Shown here one piece after another: positions 58,030-64,000 of a stretch of 64,000 bases of DNA. Within the stretch, counting starts at the first letter, position 1. Each line of letters begins with the position of its first letter. The DNA is taken from contig CBDCKN010000013.1 in NCBI GenBank assembly GCA_965218295.1, positions 96,001 to 160,000 of the forward strand, read 5' to 3'. The notes under the pieces are model-generated. The model was not told where the DNA came from and did no database searches. It saw nothing but the letters and a program-made list of their open reading frames with translations. The position numbers were made by a program, and so were the translations under genes. The DNA is from Longimicrobiales bacterium. Its GTDB lineage: Bacteria > Gemmatimonadota > Gemmatimonadetes > Longimicrobiales > Gaopeijiaceae.

Positions 58030-58839
58030 ATGGTCTTGCTCCCAGTGGTCGTGGCCAGCGCTTGCGTCGCCAGAGTAGGTCCGCCCTCGGCGGTCGTGGT
58101 CGCTCCGGAGTCCGTGTGGCACCGTCTGAACCGGCCGCGGCCCCAGCCCCTGGGCGACGCCCCCCGGATATCCGTGGCCGAGCTGGTCTTTCTTGGAAGC
58201 GCTTGGCCCGGCGAGTCTGCGGTGTCGCCGTTCATCGGGCTTCAAGAGCTGGTGGCCGCGGGGCTGATTCGCCGCCGTGACGTACAGTTCATGGAGCGGA
58301 GACGCTTCGCGGCCGCCGTGGAGCGAGAAGCCCAGGGCCGGCCCCGACTGCGGAACTCGCCGCCCACCGGAGTCTCCCTCGGGGCCGAGCTTCAGCTCGC
58401 GGGAAGCTGGATCCCCACCGGCGATTCGGCCACGCTGAACCTGAGGCTGGTCGATGTAGAGACCAGCGCGGTGGTGGCGGGTTGGAGGACCACGACCCCA
58501 CAGAGGATCGATCCAACGAGTGTGGCCCGGACCATCGTCGGGTCCACGGTCTCCGCCCTTCGGGGCCTGGGCCGTGTACCGGTGTGGAGTGATCCGCTGA
58601 TGAGCGATGCCGTCGATCCCGCTCCTACCACCTTCACCCCCTCCGGAGTGCCGGCGGAAGCCGTGACCGCCTTCTTCCGGGGCGTCGAAGCCGAAGACCG
58701 GTTCGACTGGGAGGAAGCACGCCGTGGCTACCAGGAGGCCATGGAGATCGCGGCCTCCGGTTTCTTCGAGCCCGACGTGGCTTTGGCACGGGTGGCCCGA
58801 CTGCGGGCCGGAGGGACGCTGGGCGCCAGCGACGATTGA
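58030..58839 (+). CDS. Putative lipoprotein with a CsgG/TolB_N-like domain and a TPR-like tail
   Basis: VASAC lipobox-like motif; QFMERR, GAELQLAGS and LRLVDVET patterns; start uncertain. Confidence 0.5.
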   Translation: MVLLPVVVASACVARVGPPSAVVVAPESVWHRLNRPRPQPLGDAPRISVAELVFLGSAWPGESAVSPFIGLQELVAAGLIRRRDVQFMERRRFAAAVEREAQGRPRLRNSPPTGVSLGAELQLAGSWIPTGDSATLNLRLVDVETSAVVAGWRTTTPQRIDPTSVARTIVGSTVSALRGLGRVPVWSDPLMSDAVDPAPTTFTPSGVPAEAVTAFFRGVEAEDRFDWEEARRGYQEAMEIAASGFFEPDVALARVARLRAGGTLGASDD

Positions 58840-58924
58840 GGGTGGCCGGGAAGCTCTCGTGGCCACGCCCGAACCCAGACGGTACCTTCTTCGACCGTAA
58901 CTCTCACCGAAGCCGTTGGAGTCG

Positions 58925-61012
58925 ATGCCGAACGGAGACCTCCTTCACGTCCTGCTGGTCGAGGACAATCCCGGTGAGCGGTGGTTGTTCTCTGAGATCC
59001 TCCGCTCCCGCGGGCATATCGTCACGGCATGCGAGGACGGGGAGGCGGCGTGGGATGCGTTCCAGGAACAGTTCGCTCATCTGTTGCTGCTGGACCTCGT
59101 CCTCCCCGGCATCGACGGGCTGGAGCTCACCCGGCGCATACGCAACAGCCCGGGAGGAGACCAACCGGTCATCCTCGTAGTGACAGGAAAGAATGAGCCC
59201 GACGTCCTCGAGTCGGTACTGGAGGCCGGTGCCAACGACTACGTGGCTAAGCCCGTGGACATCGCCCTGCTCAACATCCGCCTGGCCGTGGCGGAGCGCG
59301 AGGTCCGGACGCAGGCGGAGCGCAAGGCGACCCAAGCTGAGCTCCTATCCACCACCAGCGAGCTGAGCACCCTCTTCGAGAACCTGGACGAGGTCTTCTT
59401 CTCGGTGGACGTCCCCGAGGATCGCCTCATTCAGGTGTCACCGGCCGCTCAGGAGATCCTCGGCGTCAAGCCCGAAGAGCTCTTGGAGAACCCGGACCTG
59501 TGGCACGAGGTCCTATATCCTGCCGTACTCACAAACGCGGACTCGATCCTGGTACAGGTGGATCCGGGCGACTCCTTCACGCACAGCTACCAGACACAGA
59601 CGTCCACGGGAGAGGATCGTTGGGTCGAGGCCACTCTCAAGCCCCACCTTGCGAAGGACGGATGCCTCGGCCGCATCGACGGCGTCATATCGGACGTGAC
59701 GGAGCGGCATCGGGCCCAGGAAGAGCTGGCCGCACAGAATGAGGAGCTCACCACCCTCTACCGCATCTCCGAGCTGTCCCTAGCGGCTGAAAGCCTCGGC
59801 CAGGCCTTGGACGACATTCTCGAGGAGGTGAGCCGGGTCACCCGCTTCCCCATCGTCGCCATCGAGCGCTACGACGCGGAGCGGGACGTCATGATCTTCA
59901 CCGCCGCCAAGGGGCTCACGCTGCCGGAGGATGGGGAACCACTCGTGATCCCCACGCACGAGACCCTGTCCGGAGTCGCCGTTCAGAAGCGTCAGCCGGT
60001 GGTGGAGCGGGATGCCCGTTCCAAGAAGCGTCATGCGGCGGACGTCTTTCACGACCTCGGCGTGCAAACGCACATGGCTTTTCCCATGGTGATCGGCGGC
60101 GACGCGGTCGGCGCCTTGACGCTGGCCCACACTGAGGTCGTGGAGCCGGATCGGTGGGTCATGCGTCTGGCGACCAGCCTGGCGCACACCATTGCGGGGC
60201 TCATGGAGCGGGTGAGGGCGGCCCAAACGGTCAGAGAGCGTGAGACGGAGTTCCGAACCCTCGCCGGACAGCTGCAGCAGGCCAACAACGAGCTCGAAGC
60301 CTTCGCGTACTCGATCTCCCACGATCTGCGCACACCCCTCCGCACCATGACCGGCTTCGCCCACGTTCTTATGAACAACTTGGGCGAGGGCGCGAACAGA
60401 GACGCGAAGCACTTCGCCGAGAGGATCATCGTGTCGGGCGCCTGGGCCGAGGACCTGATCTCCGACCTCCTGGACTACAGCCGCCTGAGCTTCGAAGCCC
60501 TGGAGCTTCAGCCCATCGACCTGAAGGAGGTCGTCAGCACCGTCATGGAGCAGGTGGGACCGGCGCTGAAGGAGGTCGAAGCGGAGATCACCATAGACGG
60601 AGACCTTCCCACGGTCATGGCCCAGAAGACCATCCTCGCACAGATCCTGGCCAACCTGGTGACCAACGCGGCCAAGTTCGTGCCCGAGGAGCGTTCCCCC
60701 GAAATTGTCATCCGATGCGATGAGCGGGAGGAGCGCGTGCGAATCTGGGTGGAAGACAACGGGATCGGTGTTCCCGAGGGTCAGGAGGACCGGATCTTCG
60801 GCGTCTTCGAGCGGCTCGACCAAACCTCGGATCGGCCCGGTACCGGAATCGGACTCGCCATCGTCCGCCGGGGCATGGAACGGATCGGCGGGGAGACAGG
60901 AGTCGAGCGACGGGCCGTGGGGAGCGCCTTCTGGGTCGACATTCCCAGGGAACTCAAGCGAAGCTGGCGGCCCTGGGTCCGACGCCAGAACCGAGCCGAC
61001 ACCGAGTCATGA
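58925..61012 (+). CDS. Hybrid sensor histidine kinase (REC-PAS-GAF-HisKA-HATPase)
   Basis: LLVEDN / LLDLVLPGIDG / KP receiver; SHDLRTPL; NLVTNAAKF, DNGIG, GTGIGL. Confidence 0.93.
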   Translation: MPNGDLLHVLLVEDNPGERWLFSEILRSRGHIVTACEDGEAAWDAFQEQFAHLLLLDLVLPGIDGLELTRRIRNSPGGDQPVILVVTGKNEPDVLESVLEAGANDYVAKPVDIALLNIRLAVAEREVRTQAERKATQAELLSTTSELSTLFENLDEVFFSVDVPEDRLIQVSPAAQEILGVKPEELLENPDLWHEVLYPAVLTNADSILVQVDPGDSFTHSYQTQTSTGEDRWVEATLKPHLAKDGCLGRIDGVISDVTERHRAQEELAAQNEELTTLYRISELSLAAESLGQALDDILEEVSRVTRFPIVAIERYDAERDVMIFTAAKGLTLPEDGEPLVIPTHETLSGVAVQKRQPVVERDARSKKRHAADVFHDLGVQTHMAFPMVIGGDAVGALTLAHTEVVEPDRWVMRLATSLAHTIAGLMERVRAAQTVRERETEFRTLAGQLQQANNELEAFAYSISHDLRTPLRTMTGFAHVLMNNLGEGANRDAKHFAERIIVSGAWAEDLISDLLDYSRLSFEALELQPIDLKEVVSTVMEQVGPALKEVEAEITIDGDLPTVMAQKTILAQILANLVTNAAKFVPEERSPEIVIRCDEREERVRIWVEDNGIGVPEGQEDRIFGVFERLDQTSDRPGTGIGLAIVRRGMERIGGETGVERRAVGSAFWVDIPRELKRSWRPWVRRQNRADTES

Positions 61013-61019
61013 CGTGCAG

Positions 61020-61051
61020 GCGGCCCCAGCCGGCAAGGCTGGGGCCGCTTT
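61020..61051 (+). terminator. Hairpin between the convergent kinase and DUF4097 genes
   Basis: GCGGCCCCAGCC-GGCAA-GGCTGGGGCCGC-TTT. Confidence 0.65.
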
Positions 61052-61076
61052 GGTTCGAGATCCTGGGTGGGGCTCG

Positions 61077-62148
61077 TTACCCGCCGGGCCAGTCGGACGC
61101 TCCCCGAGCCGGTGTCGATGCGGATCCTGCCCCGGCCATCTCCGATGGTCCCGAGCACGTGATCCCGACCCGCCAGTCGAATCTGCACTGGGAAGTCCAG
61201 GTCGATGCCTCCACTCCCTGTGTCGATCTCCAGCTCTGCGCCCACACCCTCGGGTATCCACACCGTGACGGAGCCGGATCCGGTGTCGACCACCAGATTC
61301 TCGACGTCCTCCATCAGCTCCACCCGCACGCTTCCGCTCCCGGTGTCGAGATAGACGTCCTCGGATCTCACCCGGTCCAGCTCGATGCGCCCGGATCCGG
61401 TGTCCACCCGAACCGTGGCAGCCGTCAGGTTCGTGCCGGTGACGCCGCCGGATCCCGTATCGATGTTGATCTCGCCACCCCGCACGTCCTCCACCTGTAC
61501 TCGCCCGGATCCGGTGTCTACAAGAACGTCACCATCTACCCTGAGGACGGACACATAGCCTGAGCCCGTGTCGATGTTCAAGGATCCCTCGATGTCCTGG
61601 GCCGTCACGTGACCCGAGCCGGCGTCGATGAGAAAGTCCCCTTCAACCCCACGGACGTCGGTCGCACCGACTGCCAGATAGAGGGCGAACTCCTTCCCGG
61701 CCGGCACCTCGATCTCAAGATCGGCGTGGGCCTCCAGCCCACGCCCGGACCCCCGGACCTCCACACGGTCCCCGCCGCGCCGCCCTCCGCCGTAGAACGT
61801 GCCGTCACGGCGCACCTGTACCGTGTTGCTCGACCCGCGGCCCAGCTCCGGATAGATGATCCGGTCGTCCGGGTATATCACCCGCAACGTCTCTGCCCCA
61901 TCCACCGGCCCTACCTCGATGTCGAGCTGGTCCGCGTCGGCGCCCAGGGTCGTGACCCGGACCACGACATCGGACCCCTGCCCGCGGACGATGCGAGCTT
62001 CACCGGCGAGGTTGTATACCGCCACGCCACGACCGGACAGGTGGAACTCCTGAGAGCTCTGTCCGGCGGCCGCCGGTGCCGTGATCACCAGAGCGGCGGC
62101 GGCCACGGTCAGGCGCCAGAGCACGCTCATGAGCTTCCTACCGTTCAT
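61077..62148 (-). CDS. DUF4097 beta-strand repeat protein (DTGSG type); natural stop appears 1 nt out of frame
   Basis: Signal peptide and nine D[TA]GSG repeats; ...CGG CGG G TAA at 61086-61077; the ORF as written runs to 60781. Confidence 0.75.
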
Positions 62149-62169
62149 CGCGAGTATCCTCTCATGACC

Positions 62170-63123
62170 CTAATGAATGTGGATCGAACCGTTTACGGTC
62201 TTCAGGTTGAGCTCCGGTCCACCCTCGCCCAGGACGCCCTGTGCCGCGTGCCTGGACAGCCGCCCCACGAGTTTGAGAGGAAGATCGGCTTCCAGGCTCC
62301 CATTGACCCACTTGGCATCTACATCGGCGTCGATATCGTCGGGCAGATCGAGGGAGATGCTCCCGTTCACTGTGGTGAAGCTCAATCCGTACTCGACGTC
62401 GAAGCTGCCCATGGCCGCCTCGATAGAGCCGTTCACCGTGTTGGCTTCGGCGAAGCCCGTAGTGGCGATCTCGATGTCACCGTTGACCGTGTGAGCGCCC
62501 ACGTCGGAGGCGAGGTCGCTCACCTCCACGTCGCCGTTCACGGTGCGGCCCCTGAACTCTACACCGACGGGCACCTTCACATAGAAGGTGACCTGGACGT
62601 CGTTGTTCCGGACCCCGTTGCGACCGCCGGAGCCGGGGTCGCACGAGTTCTCCCGACCCCTCGACGACGGGTACACCGCGCACAGCGTCACACCCCCGGA
62701 ATGCTCGACGACCTCGATGCGGACGTCGTCCGGATCGCTCCGCCGGGCGGTCTTCTCGGCCCGTACCTCGACGTCCTGGCCGGTGGCCCGCTCAGCGAAA
62801 ACGTCACCGTTCACGCCCTTGATCTCGATGAACTCGCCCGTAGACACGGCGCCACGCCAAGTGAAGTCACCGACCTGCTGTGCCCCGCTTTCCCGGACCC
62901 TGTCCTCGTCGTTCACGCGGGCGCTCCCGGCTTCCTCACCCTGGAATAAGCCAGTCGCCGCATGACTGATGGCCATTACGATCCTCTCGGCCTTGTGAGC
63001 TACCTCCCTTGATCCGCCGATCAACCCGCTGGACATCGCATCACCGCTCCGCGCATTGGCAATAGTGAGCACTCCCGCGGCCACGATCGCGACCACAGTC
63101 GCCATCCGATTCACACCTTTCAT
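62170..63123 (-). CDS. DUF4097 beta-strand repeat protein (TVNG type)
   Basis: Signal/TM segment, repeated TVNG.I/V, ends LKTVNGSIHIH; GGAGG RBS. Confidence 0.8.
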   Translation of the reverse strand: MKGVNRMATVVAIVAAGVLTIANARSGDAMSSGLIGGSREVAHKAERIVMAISHAATGLFQGEEAGSARVNDEDRVRESGAQQVGDFTWRGAVSTGEFIEIKGVNGDVFAERATGQDVEVRAEKTARRSDPDDVRIEVVEHSGGVTLCAVYPSSRGRENSCDPGSGGRNGVRNNDVQVTFYVKVPVGVEFRGRTVNGDVEVSDLASDVGAHTVNGDIEIATTGFAEANTVNGSIEAAMGSFDVEYGLSFTTVNGSISLDLPDDIDADVDAKWVNGSLEADLPLKLVGRLSRHAAQGVLGEGGPELNLKTVNGSIHIH

Positions 63124-63187
63124 TCTTCCTCCTTGACCCGCCCTCGCCATGCGCCGACCCAGAGGATGGGCGCTCTCCGTTCAATTC

Positions 63188-64000
63188 TCATCGATTGGGC
63201 GTGCTGCTGGTGGTGCGCATCAGGCGAATGGCCCCGTCGAATGACTGCAGCCGCACCTGGGCCCCACCCCCACCCAACTCGAAACTCAACTTCCTACCGC
63301 TTTCCAGTCTCTGAAGAACGATCGGCAACTCCGTCTCGAACTCGCCGTCGTAGGTGGCGACCGAAACGTCGGCCTCCACGTCACCCTGGACCGCGAACGA
63401 GATGTCACCATCGTGGGTCACCAGCTCGTACTCGCCGTCGGGATGGATTATCCCCGAGAAGTCGATGTGTCCGTCCACCGTGTTGGCGTACACGATCCGG
63501 GCGTCCACATCCATCAACTCGATGTCTCCGTCATTGGCGTCGATGTAGATCTCTCCCCCGACGTCGTAGAGGCTCACGTCGTCGTCCAACGAGGTGAGGT
63601 CGAAGCGGCCGCTCGACCGTCGTACCTCGAGGAAGCCCTCGAGGGTTCTGGCCACCACCTCACCGGAATGGTCTCGCACGGAGATGTCTCCCTCCCTTGT
63701 CGTCACGTCGAGGCCAGCGTTCAGCCCTTCCACCGTCACGTTCAGCTCCCTCCCACGGATCTCCACCTCGAGCCACGCCGGCACCGAAACCACGTAGGAG
63801 CGATTCCGCTCCCTTCCCTTCCGATCCGACGCCCCGACCTCGATGCGGCCGCCCACGCGGTCGATGTCAAAAGGAGCACCCCTCCGCCCCTCGAAGTCGA
63901 TGCTCACCTCCGACCGGGCCCACGCCCGTACGTTGAGATCGCCTGAAAAGTTTTCGATGACGATGATGTCCCCGCGCCGCACCGACACGATCGTATCGGG
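63188..64000 (-). CDS. DUF4097 beta-strand repeat protein (xxDG type), 5'-truncated by the window edge
   Basis: TVDGHI, THDGDI, TYDGEF and SFDGAI repeats. Confidence 0.75.
   Translation of the reverse strand, partial: PDTIVSVRRGDIIVIENFSGDLNVRAWARSEVSIDFEGRRGAPFDIDRVGGRIEVGASDRKGRERNRSYVVSVPAWLEVEIRGRELNVTVEGLNAGLDVTTREGDISVRDHSGEVVARTLEGFLEVRRSSGRFDLTSLDDDVSLYDVGGEIYIDANDGDIELMDVDARIVYANTVDGHIDFSGIIHPDGEYELVTHDGDISFAVQGDVEADVSVATYDGEFETELPIVLQRLESGRKLSFELGGGGAQVRLQSFDGAIRLMRTTSSTPNR

Overview
High-GC bacterial chromosome segment made mostly of housekeeping genes. Gene order and protein style suggest Gemmatimonadota (inference, not verified). In order it holds: lexA; trpD; a tightly coupled truA-tal-htrA-purB-purC-psd-pssA-purS-purQ-purL-purF run ending in a frameshifted adenosine deaminase remnant; fbp; a solitary DUF222/HNH gene; comEC interrupted by one in-frame TAG; lapA-like, miaB and mtaB; a lipoprotein plus outer-membrane barrel pair; cdd, alr, mazG; msrP with no msrQ; a 2-hydroxyacid dehydrogenase; asnS, recG, ftsY; a vWA membrane protein and an M23 peptidase; the dcw cluster (mraZ to ftsZ, without murB/ddl); TPR and CsgG-like proteins; a hybrid histidine kinase; and three tandem DUF4097 genes. 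I found no rRNA, tRNA, CRISPR array, integrase or transposase. The most unusual signals are at DNA level. (i) A parS/NBS-like 16-bp palindrome (CGTTTCCGCGGAAACG) inside the DUF222-HNH gene recurs, nearly identical, as the core of two intergenic palindromes. (ii) A 400-bp composite palindrome/90-bp repeat element lies between asnS and the dehydrogenase. (iii) There are two oppositely oriented MraZ-box-like arrays. (iv) Several genes carry lesions or 3'-end micro-duplications. All functional calls come from motif recognition by eye; no database searches were run.
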